This document shows, in pieces, positions 19,244 to 27,137 of a stretch of 64,000 nt of DNA. Under the pieces are notes generated by a model. That model saw only the letters and a program-made list of their open reading frames with translations, did not search any database and had not been told where the DNA came from. The translations under genes were made by a program, and so were the position numbers. Origin of the DNA: Gemmatimonadales bacterium (GTDB lineage: Bacteria; Gemmatimonadota; Gemmatimonadetes; Gemmatimonadales; GWC2-71-9); the NCBI GenBank assembly GCA_037189525.1, contig JBBCJC010000005.1:480001-544000 (forward strand), read 5' to 3'. Position 1 is the stretch's first letter; each line of letters begins with the position of its first letter.

Positions 19244-20338
19244 TTAGCGGGACGGTCGCTCGACCGAACCCGGAGGAGCGGCTCGCAAGTACTGCGCGGG
19301 CCACGGCACATCGAGGCCGAGTTCGGCTGCCGCGCGAAGCGGCCAGTAGGGATCACGTAACAGTTGCCGCGCCAGCAGTACCAGATCGGCTTGCCCCGTC
19401 CGGATGACATGATCGGCCTGCGCCGGCGCCGTCAGCAGCCCCACAGCCCCGGTACGGACGTTGGCTTCGCGACGGATCCGCTCGGAGAGACCGGTCTGAT
19501 AGCCGGGCCCGATCGGAATCCGGACCCCGCTGACATTCCCGCCCGACGAACAGTCGATCAGATCCACCCCCTGTTCGACCAGGATCCGCGACAGCCGAAC
19601 CGAATCGTCCAGCGTCCAGCCTCCCTCGACCCATTCCGTCGCCGAGATCCGTACGAAGAGCGGTAAGTGCTCGGGCCAGTGGCGGCGGACTTCCATCACC
19701 ACGTCGCCCAGCAATCGAATCCGGTTTTCGAAGCTCCCGCCGTACTCGTCGGTCCGCTGATTGCTGACGGGCGAGAGAAACTCGTGCAGCAGGTACCCGT
19801 GGGCCGCGTGAATCTCGACGACTTCGAACCCCGCTTGGCGCGCACGGCGAGCGGCCGCGCCGAACCCGAGCACCACGTTCCGGAGGCCGGCCAGATCGAG
19901 AGCTTCCGGCCTCGGATAGGTATCGCTGAACGCAACGGCACTCGGCCCCACCACCTGCCAGCCGTCGCGATCGGGCGGCACCGTTCCCTGCACCGGATGC
20001 CAGGGGCGATAGGTACTGGCCTTCCGGCCGGCATGCGCCAGCTGCACACCCGGCACCGCGCCCTGCTGCTTGATGAAGGCCGTAACCCGGGCGAGAAAGG
20101 GCACGTGTTCGTCGTCCCAGATTCCCAGGTCTTCCGGACTGATACGCCCCTCGGGCAACACGGCCGCCGCCTCGGTCAGCACCAGCCCCGCGCCGCCCAC
20201 GGCTCGGCTGCCGAGATGCACCAGATGCCAGTCGTTGGCAAATCCGTTCTCACTCGAATATTGACACATCGGAGACACCACGATGCGATTGGGCAGGGTC
20301 ACCCCGCGAATCGCGAGCGGTTCGAACAGGCTCGTCAT
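19244..20338 (-). CDS. NADH:flavin oxidoreductase (Old Yellow Enzyme, YqjM/NamA type)
   Basis: NRIVVSPMCQYS, QLAHAGRKAS, EIHAAHGYLLHEFLSP, YGGSFENRIR. Confidence 0.95.
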   Translation of the reverse strand: MTSLFEPLAIRGVTLPNRIVVSPMCQYSSENGFANDWHLVHLGSRAVGGAGLVLTEAAAVLPEGRISPEDLGIWDDEHVPFLARVTAFIKQQGAVPGVQLAHAGRKASTYRPWHPVQGTVPPDRDGWQVVGPSAVAFSDTYPRPEALDLAGLRNVVLGFGAAARRARQAGFEVVEIHAAHGYLLHEFLSPVSNQRTDEYGGSFENRIRLLGDVVMEVRRHWPEHLPLFVRISATEWVEGGWTLDDSVRLSRILVEQGVDLIDCSSGGNVSGVRIPIGPGYQTGLSERIRREANVRTGAVGLLTAPAQADHVIRTGQADLVLLARQLLRDPYWPLRAAAELGLDVPWPAQYLRAAPPGSVERPSR

Positions 20339-20416
20339 GGTATTGCAGTTGGTTGGGACGACGTTAGGCACATCGGGGCGGCCTGCCGCGCTGCGACGCC
20401 GGCTCCACCCCGATGG

Positions 20417-21466
20417 TCAGGCACCACCCCCGACGGGGGTCGAACTCAATCGACCGATGACCTGGTCGGCAAAGCGTTCCATCTCTTCTGCCTGCGGGCT
20501 GAATTGTAATAGCAGAAGGTCGACCCCGGCGGCCTCGAATGCCGCAATCCGATCGGCGACCTGTGCCGGCGTACCGACCAGGCCTGCCCGCAATCCCCGA
20601 TTGGACACCGAGTACTCCTCGAGGGACACCTGGCGCTCGAGCCGGGTATTGGCCACCCAGTCGCGATAGTTCCCGTAGCCAGGCGATCCCGGCGCCACGT
20701 TGGTAATCCGTTCCAACTCGCGCGCCGCCTCCTGCTCGGAATCCCGGACGATGACGAAGGCCGCCATCCCGAACGAAAGGGGCGGGAGACCCGTCGCGTC
20801 CCTGAGCGCCGAAAGCTCATCGATCCGCGCCGAGATAACGTCGAGGGGATCGCCGTGCATGACGTAGGCATCGCACTGCCGGCTGATCAATTGCTTCGCC
20901 GCCGGCGACTCGCCGCCCGCGTAGATCGGCGGCCGCGGACGGCGCACCGGTTTGGGTTCGAGAATGGTCTGGTCGACCTGATAGTAGGCCCCATCGAAGG
21001 AGAACTCCGGCTCCCGCCACACGCCGTCGACGACCGAAAGCCACTCGGCGGTGCGCGCGTACCGGTCGTCGTGCTGATCGAAGCGCACGCCGTATCGCCT
21101 CGCTTCGTCGGCCCACCAGGAGGAGACGACGTTGAGGGCCAGCCGGCCGCCCGCAATCCGATCGATCGCTGCCGCCTGCTTGGCAAGGATCGCCGGCTGA
21201 TGAAAGGTCGGCCGCACCGCGACCATCAGTTCGAGGCGCCGGGTCACCGCGGCCAGCGCCGCGGCCGTCGACCACGCATCCAGCGACGGCGCGGTGATCC
21301 CCTTGATGTCATTGAGGAACAACTCGGCGATCAGAGTCAGGTCGTAGCCGATCTCTTCACTTCGGCGCGCCAGGCGGCTGACGTATTCCCACGACGGATC
21401 CATCCCCTCATCCGGAACGTTGCGCAACCACCCGCCGAACACCGGAAGCCAGTACCCGAAGCGCAT
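20417..21466 (-). CDS. LLM-class flavin-dependent monooxygenase (SfnG/SsuD-like)
   Basis: MRFGYWLPVFGG, LDAWSTAAALAAVT, GRLALNVVSSW, YAGGESPA, LVGTPAQVADRI. Confidence 0.9.
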   Translation of the reverse strand: MRFGYWLPVFGGWLRNVPDEGMDPSWEYVSRLARRSEEIGYDLTLIAELFLNDIKGITAPSLDAWSTAAALAAVTRRLELMVAVRPTFHQPAILAKQAAAIDRIAGGRLALNVVSSWWADEARRYGVRFDQHDDRYARTAEWLSVVDGVWREPEFSFDGAYYQVDQTILEPKPVRRPRPPIYAGGESPAAKQLISRQCDAYVMHGDPLDVISARIDELSALRDATGLPPLSFGMAAFVIVRDSEQEAARELERITNVAPGSPGYGNYRDWVANTRLERQVSLEEYSVSNRGLRAGLVGTPAQVADRIAAFEAAGVDLLLLQFSPQAEEMERFADQVIGRLSSTPVGGGA

Positions 21467-21468
21467 CG

Positions 21469-22455
21469 TCAGGTGCTCGCCGGGGTCACCAACCCGGCCC
21501 GGACTTCGATGTAGTCCACGAAGCGGGCAAACGGATCGAACCCGATCACATTCGGCGCATCCGCCACGAAGTTCGACAGCGCATTGATGTCGTAGAAGTA
21601 GTGCCGGCCGTCGCGCTCATCGATCAGATACTCGATCCCGCCGATGTCGAGCCGAACGTGACGGGCAATCTGCTCGACCTGGGCCACGATCTCCGCCGGC
21701 GGATCGGCCCGTTCGACCCGCATCCCGGTCTTGGGCGCGTCTGCTGCGCAGAAGGTGCGATCCAGCGTCCGCCCTTCGGTCGTCTGGCAGATGTCGGCCG
21801 GACAGAGATTGAACGACTCGCCGGTCGGATACACGTTGATGGCGTAGAGGAACTTGCCGTCGAGCACTTCGACTCGAGTGATCCGGCTGCCCGACAACGG
21901 CGCCAGTTCCTGGACCAATGCCGTTTGATCCAAGCCGAGATCAATCCGCCCGGCCGCCGCCGCCTCGACCAACTGGTCTTCGGTATCGAAACGGACGATT
22001 CCGGCGCCGCTGCCGCCGATATTGGCTTTGACGACGACCGGATACCGGAGTTGTCGAGCCGCCGACGCGGCGCGCGACGCATGATTGATCACCAAGGCGC
22101 GCGGCACCGGCAGACCCAACTCCGCCAGGACCTCGACCTGGAAGGCCTTCGAGATCTCGAGCGCATAGACCGCCGAGCCGTTGACGATCGGCGTGCCGGT
22201 GCGTTCGACGTGGCGAAGCCAGTTGAGGGTATGGAACGTGGTCTGGCCATGGCCACGCAGATAGGCGGAGGGACTGTTGCGATTGACGACCAGGGAGTAG
22301 CGGCGCGTCAGATCAGCCGGATCGTACTCGTGGGCTGCCGCATCGAGCGCCACCCATGGAATCCCCCGCCGATCGAGTTCCGCAAAGAGTGGCTTGAACC
22401 AGTCCGGATGCTCATGGTATACGGCAACGGGAAGCGTCCCCGATGGAACCGACAT
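21469..22455 (-). CDS. ATP-grasp ligase (RimK / glutathione-synthetase-like)
   Basis: YPVVVKANIGGSGAGI, LVQE, GGIEY, YDINALSNF. Confidence 0.88.
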   Translation of the reverse strand: MSVPSGTLPVAVYHEHPDWFKPLFAELDRRGIPWVALDAAAHEYDPADLTRRYSLVVNRNSPSAYLRGHGQTTFHTLNWLRHVERTGTPIVNGSAVYALEISKAFQVEVLAELGLPVPRALVINHASRAASAARQLRYPVVVKANIGGSGAGIVRFDTEDQLVEAAAAGRIDLGLDQTALVQELAPLSGSRITRVEVLDGKFLYAINVYPTGESFNLCPADICQTTEGRTLDRTFCAADAPKTGMRVERADPPAEIVAQVEQIARHVRLDIGGIEYLIDERDGRHYFYDINALSNFVADAPNVIGFDPFARFVDYIEVRAGLVTPAST

Positions 22456-22513
22456 AAACCTGCCTCGATTGTTGGATTTGAGAACGACAGACTACGACGA
22501 CGTCAGGGACGCC

Positions 22514-22612
22514 TTAGCGACAACAACAACAGCCCTGGTGGCCCGACCCGACGAGGCGGGAGGCGCACCCAGGGAGTACAGCGGGGGTGATGGAGCGGCG
22601 TACAACCAGCAT
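22514..22612 (-). CDS. Leaderless polycysteine leader peptide MLVVRRSITPAVLPGCASRLVGSGHQGCCCCR
   Basis: 32-aa ORF ending TGT-TGT-TGT-TGT-CGC-TAA. ATG is 6 nt after the -10 box; the stop is 58 nt before the ATP-grasp start. Confidence 0.8.
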   Translation of the reverse strand: MLVVRRSITPAVLPGCASRLVGSGHQGCCCCR

Positions 22613-22618
22613 TCACGG

Positions 22619-22647
22619 ACTCTAAGCGACCGCCCGACCGGGGTCAA
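22619..22647 (-). promoter_or_regulatory. sigma70 promoter producing a leaderless transcript
   Basis: TTGACC-17 nt-TAGAGT-6 nt-ATG. Confidence 0.75.
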
Positions 22648-22719
22648 CCGACGGTCGCTCCGTCCAAGGACCGGATCTGCCACCAGATCGCGGTCCCTAT
22701 TTCACTGGAAACGAACGGC

Positions 22720-23319
22720 TCAGCCGCGCCAGGTCACTTTGTCATCGAGCGGGCGCCGAACGACATCCGGAGGAACACTGCCCGGATGGCCAAGGATAAA
22801 AAAGCCGAGTGGTCTGGAGGGCGCGGGCACTCCGACGAACTCCGCAACATGCGGCAGCACAGCCTGCGCACCCGTCGACCACTGCCCGGCCAGGCCGAGC
22901 GCCGTCGCGGCCAGGTGGAGATTCTGGACCGCGCCGCCAAAGGCGAGGAGCTCTTCCCATTCCGGCATCGCGAACGACCCGTCGGGCTTGAGGCCCGGCT
23001 TGAGCGTGAGCGCGATCCAGACCGGCACTTTCCACACCTTGTCTCGGCTGGTCTCGAAGGCCTCCTGCGTGAAATTCCCCCGCGCTTCGGCCTGGATCCG
23101 GTAGGCTTCGCCAAAGGCTTCACCCAGCGCCCGCCGTCCCTCACCGGTGAAGACGGTGAAGTGCCAGGGCTCGGTCTTGCCGTGGCTGGGCGCCCACCGG
23201 GCGGCCTCGAGCACCTGCTCGATCAACGAGGGGTCGACCGGGTCGGGCTTGAGAAAGGGCATCTTGTGGCTGCGACGGGCTCGCATCAGAGCAAGCAGGT
23301 CGGCTGCGTCGATTGCCAT
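22720..23319 (-). CDS. Nitroreductase family protein (YdjA-like)
   Basis: RRSH, ARWAPSHGKTEPWHF, AVQNLHLAATALGLAGQWST. Confidence 0.9.
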   Translation of the reverse strand: MAIDAADLLALMRARRSHKMPFLKPDPVDPSLIEQVLEAARWAPSHGKTEPWHFTVFTGEGRRALGEAFGEAYRIQAEARGNFTQEAFETSRDKVWKVPVWIALTLKPGLKPDGSFAMPEWEELLAFGGAVQNLHLAATALGLAGQWSTGAQAVLPHVAEFVGVPAPSRPLGFFILGHPGSVPPDVVRRPLDDKVTWRG

Positions 23320-23557
23320 ATCGCTCTACGAATTGATGTTGAAAACCTGGTTTCGTCCGCACGCAGGCGAACATACGAAACGCAAACCTAACGGCCACGC
23401 GATGCGGGACCAATCAGATGGATTCCCGTGACCGCATCTGTCCTGATCCCGTCACGGCGGCCCCTCCGAAAGTCAATTCGCTCAAGTACGTCAATCCATT
23501 GCATTTCAATGGTTTAAGAACGCAGACATCAGGTAATTTCGAACCTCGGGCGGCCAA

Positions 23558-23635
23558 TGGTGACGTAGAGTCCCGGTTGATTCGAAGACCGGGGCGCATC
23601 TACGTTCAGTCGAGAAGGCGTTCTCTGATTCACCA
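23558..23635 (+). ncRNA. Candidate structured cis-regulatory RNA upstream of the corC-like gene
   Basis: Nested stems TGGTGA/TCACCA, ACGTAGA/TCTACGT, GTCCCGGT/ACCGGGGC, GAGAA/TTCTC. No family recognised. Confidence 0.4.
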
Positions 23636-23655
23636 GCGCGAGGGACCACCAGTCG

Positions 23656-24939
23656 ATGGACATAGCCCTATTAGTCGGCCTGATTCTGCTCAACGGTGTC
23701 TTCGCGATGTCCGAGATTGCCCTGGTCACCGCCCGAAAAGCCCGGCTCGCCAAACTCGCCGGCGCCGGTGACAGCGCCGCCGAAGTCGCCCTGCGGCTGG
23801 GCGAAGACCCGACCCGGTTCCTGTCGACCGTCCAGATCGGCATCACCTCGATCGGCATCCTGAACGGTATCCTCGGCGAGGCCGTCTTCGCCGAGCCCTT
23901 TGCGGTCTGGCTGGTGTCGCTGGGCATGAGCGAGGGCGCCGCATCGATCGTATCGACCGGACTCGTCGTGCTCGTGATCACCTATGTCTCCATCGTCGTG
24001 GGCGAACTGGTGCCGAAGCGGCTGGGCCAGATCAGCCCGGAGAGTGTGGCCCGGCTGGTCGCGCGCCCGATGCAGCTCCTGGCCCAACTGACGCGCCCCT
24101 TCGTCCGCCTGCTCTCGTTCTCGACCAATACCCTGCTCCGGCTACTGGGCGTCCGGAGCAACCAGGGTCCGTCGATCACCGAAGAAGAACTCCACGCCTT
24201 CCTGGCCGAAGGCTCCGAAGCTGGGGTCATCGAGCGACAGGAACACGAGATGGTCCGGAACCTGTTTCGTCTCGACGACCGAAAGCTCGGCTCGCTGATG
24301 GTGCCACGCGCCGACATCGTCTACCTCGACACCAAGGTTCCGATCGCGGAGAATCTGGCGCGCGTCGCCGAGTCGGTGCATTCCCGCTTTCCGGTCTGCG
24401 ACGGCGACCTCGATAATCTGACCGGCCTGGTCACCGCCAAGCAGATCCTGGCGCAGACGCTCAAGGGCGAAACCCCGGACCTGCTGGCCAACCTGCAGAC
24501 GCCCGCGTTCGTTCCCGAGACCCTGACCGGGCTCGAGTTGCTCGAGAGCTTTCGGACCAACCACATCTCGGCCGCGTTCGTCCTGGATGAGTACGGAGGG
24601 GTGAAAGGGCTAGTGACGTTACAGGACCTGTTAGAAGCCGTGACCGGCGATCTCTCCGCCCCCGGCGGCGGCGATGCCTGGGCGGTCCAGCGGGAGGACG
24701 GGTCCTGGCTCCTGGATGGGACCATCCCGATCCCCGAGCTCAAAGACCGGCTGCAGATCGCGCAACTTCCCGAAGAGGATGCCGGGCGCTACCACACGGT
24801 CAGCGGCATGATGATGCTGCTATTGGGACGGGTCGGCGTGACGGGAGATCGAGTGCAGTGGGAAAACTGGACGTTCGAGATCGTGGATATGGACGAGAAG
24901 CGGATCGATAAGGTGCTCGCCAGCCGGATCGAGAGCTGA
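23656..24939 (+). CDS. HlyC/CorC (CNNM-CBS) metal transporter, hemolysin family
   Basis: LNGVFAMSEIALV, FLSTVQIGIT, GELVPKRL, HSRFPV, DEYGG, C-terminal CorC domain. Confidence 0.95.
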   Translation: MDIALLVGLILLNGVFAMSEIALVTARKARLAKLAGAGDSAAEVALRLGEDPTRFLSTVQIGITSIGILNGILGEAVFAEPFAVWLVSLGMSEGAASIVSTGLVVLVITYVSIVVGELVPKRLGQISPESVARLVARPMQLLAQLTRPFVRLLSFSTNTLLRLLGVRSNQGPSITEEELHAFLAEGSEAGVIERQEHEMVRNLFRLDDRKLGSLMVPRADIVYLDTKVPIAENLARVAESVHSRFPVCDGDLDNLTGLVTAKQILAQTLKGETPDLLANLQTPAFVPETLTGLELLESFRTNHISAAFVLDEYGGVKGLVTLQDLLEAVTGDLSAPGGGDAWAVQREDGSWLLDGTIPIPELKDRLQIAQLPEEDAGRYHTVSGMMMLLLGRVGVTGDRVQWENWTFEIVDMDEKRIDKVLASRIES

Positions 24940-24987
24940 ACGCCACGGCTCCCGGAGCAGAGCACCGCCCCGGGAGCCCCAAAAAGA

Positions 24988-25239
24988 TCAGTCGCCTTTG
25001 GTCTTGAGGACCGCGTCGTTGTCCCGCAAAAAGGCGCGAATCTCATCCGCCATATCGAGCAGACGGCTCCACTGCTCCTTATAGAGGGTCACGGGGAAAC
25101 GACCCAGGCCGTAGAGCGACAGGCCCCCCTTCTCACTGACCTTGAGATATACCGAGCGCTTCGATTTGTCGCGCTCTTTGAGGGACGCATTTTCGGCCCG
25201 AAGCCGTTCCAATTCTGCCTTCAGATCCTCATCACTCAT
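24988..25239 (-). CDS. Conserved small hypothetical protein
   Basis: GGAG RBS, N-terminal coiled coil, LKVSEKGGLSLYGLGRFPVTLYKEQW motif. Confidence 0.8.
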   Translation of the reverse strand: MSDEDLKAELERLRAENASLKERDKSKRSVYLKVSEKGGLSLYGLGRFPVTLYKEQWSRLLDMADEIRAFLRDNDAVLKTKGD

Positions 25240-25320
25240 TGTCGGTCTCCGTCGTGGTCCTGATGCGTCGGATCGAATCCGCCCGCAAGGGTCAACCTCC
25301 GAATATACCCGCTTCGGGAC

Positions 25321-26853
25321 TCAGCGTTTGGCGGGCTGTCCGGCCTTGGGCAGCGTCTTGGCGATGAAGACCCGGATATCTTCGTTGGAGGTCGCCAGGT
25401 CTTCCTGCCGCAGATACATCATGTGGCCCGACCGATATCCCTTGAAGCTCATCCGGTCCTGGAAGCGTCCGCTCGGGTCCATGTGCCACATGGTGTACTT
25501 GGCGTCGAAGTACGGCGTGCCCCCGTCGTAGTACCCCGATTGCACCATGACATGCAGGTAGGGGTTGGCGCCGAGTGCCTGCTGGAGATTTGCGCCGGTC
25601 TGGTCGCCGACCCGGTTCCACGGATTGACCGGGCCAAAGAGCCAGTACTGCAGGTCGGTCTTCCAACCGAGCACGTCGCGAAGGTAGTGGTTGATGGCCG
25701 GGGCAAACGCATGATTCCACGAAGTCAGCGCCGGATCGAAGTCCGGAGCGACGCCCGCATCGACCCGATCGAAGCCGCGATAGCGCGAGTCGAGGCGGCC
25801 GACGGTAAACCCGCTCGTGCGCAACAACTCTTTCCAGTAGAAGGACGTCGGGACAGCAAGCGCATGCTCCCGCACGACGACTTCGGACAGGCCGCTGTAT
25901 CGGGCAAACCGCTTGATCAGCGCGTCTCGCTTGGCGGCGTCGAGCGAGCCGCCCATCACCATCCCGGGAATCAGTTCGTCAACCGTGAACCGTTCGACCT
26001 CGGGCAGCAACTGATCGAGGTCGCGCCCCTGGAGGTCCGCAGCGAGCGCCTTGTGATACCAGGCCGTGGCGGCAAAGTACGGCAGCTTGAGCGCCGCCCC
26101 GACCGGTCCGCCGCGCTCGACACCCAATACCGTGGGCGACACCAGCACGACACCGTTGAGGTACATCCAGTGCGAACCTTGCAGCCGCTGCGCCAGACCG
26201 GAGACGCGATTAGTCCCGTAGCTTTCGCCGATCAGGTACTTGGGACTGGTCCAGCGCCCCTGCCGGCTCACGAAGGCGTCGACCCAGCGCGCCAGGTACG
26301 CAATGTCCTCGTTGACGCCGAAGAACTGGTCACGCTTGGCATCGCCGACGATCCGGGAGAACCCCGTATTGACCGGGTCCACATAGACGATGTCGGCCAC
26401 GTCGAGAATCGAGTGCGGGTTGTCGACCACGCCGTAGGGCTGGACCGGATAGCCCTCGTTGTCGATCCGAAGCAGCTTGGGACCGGTGTAGGCCACATGC
26501 ATCCAGACGGACGCCGACCCTGGACCGCCGTTGAACGAAATGACCAGCGGCCGAGCCGATCGATCCGCCACGTCGCTGCGCTCGTAGTAGGTGAAGAAGA
26601 CGGCCGCCACCACGGCGCCCTTGTCGTCCCAGACCGGCTGGGTACCTATGGTCGTCCGGTACGGAACGCGCTGCCCTTTGACCGTGACGACGCCCTCACG
26701 ACGCACCGTCGAGTCGGCGGGGAACGTCACGGCTCCATCGCGCGGGGCGGCGGGACGGGACGGCGCGGTTGCCGGTGGCGCAGTGCGCTCTTGCGCAACA
26801 AGCATCGTCGACGGAAGCCCGGCCAGGGCCAGAAGCGACAGGGTACGAAGCAT
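25321..26853 (-). CDS. S10 family serine carboxypeptidase
   Basis: FNGGPGSAS, DPVNTGFS, GESYG nucleophile, GYYD, SGHMMY. Confidence 0.93.
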   Translation of the reverse strand: MLRTLSLLALAGLPSTMLVAQERTAPPATAPSRPAAPRDGAVTFPADSTVRREGVVTVKGQRVPYRTTIGTQPVWDDKGAVVAAVFFTYYERSDVADRSARPLVISFNGGPGSASVWMHVAYTGPKLLRIDNEGYPVQPYGVVDNPHSILDVADIVYVDPVNTGFSRIVGDAKRDQFFGVNEDIAYLARWVDAFVSRQGRWTSPKYLIGESYGTNRVSGLAQRLQGSHWMYLNGVVLVSPTVLGVERGGPVGAALKLPYFAATAWYHKALAADLQGRDLDQLLPEVERFTVDELIPGMVMGGSLDAAKRDALIKRFARYSGLSEVVVREHALAVPTSFYWKELLRTSGFTVGRLDSRYRGFDRVDAGVAPDFDPALTSWNHAFAPAINHYLRDVLGWKTDLQYWLFGPVNPWNRVGDQTGANLQQALGANPYLHVMVQSGYYDGGTPYFDAKYTMWHMDPSGRFQDRMSFKGYRSGHMMYLRQEDLATSNEDIRVFIAKTLPKAGQPAKR

Positions 26854-26930
26854 CAGAGCATCTCGGCGAAAGTGATATGGAACAGGCAATTCGGGACGCA
26901 TTCTATCGGGGCAATGGGAGAGAGGCAACA

Positions 26931-27137
26931 TCATCGTGACGGCGCGCCAGGCCCCCAATCGTCCTCGTCATCCTCGGCGTCGAATGCCCGCGCTTCCTCC
27001 TCGTCGGCCAACTCACGCTCGGCCGCTTCGAGCTCGTCCCGATCCGCAACGGGCGAACGGTCCGTTCCAGGCCGCCGACGGCTCACGACCCAGATGATCA
27101 GTGCAGCCGCCGCAAGGATACCGATCAATCCGGCCAT
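26931..27137 (-). CDS. Small membrane-anchored acidic protein (68 aa)
   Basis: ATG overlaps the patatin stop (TGATG); N-terminal TM helix and acidic tail. Confidence 0.65.
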   Translation of the reverse strand: MAGLIGILAAAALIIWVVSRRRPGTDRSPVADRDELEAAERELADEEEARAFDAEDDEDDWGPGAPSR

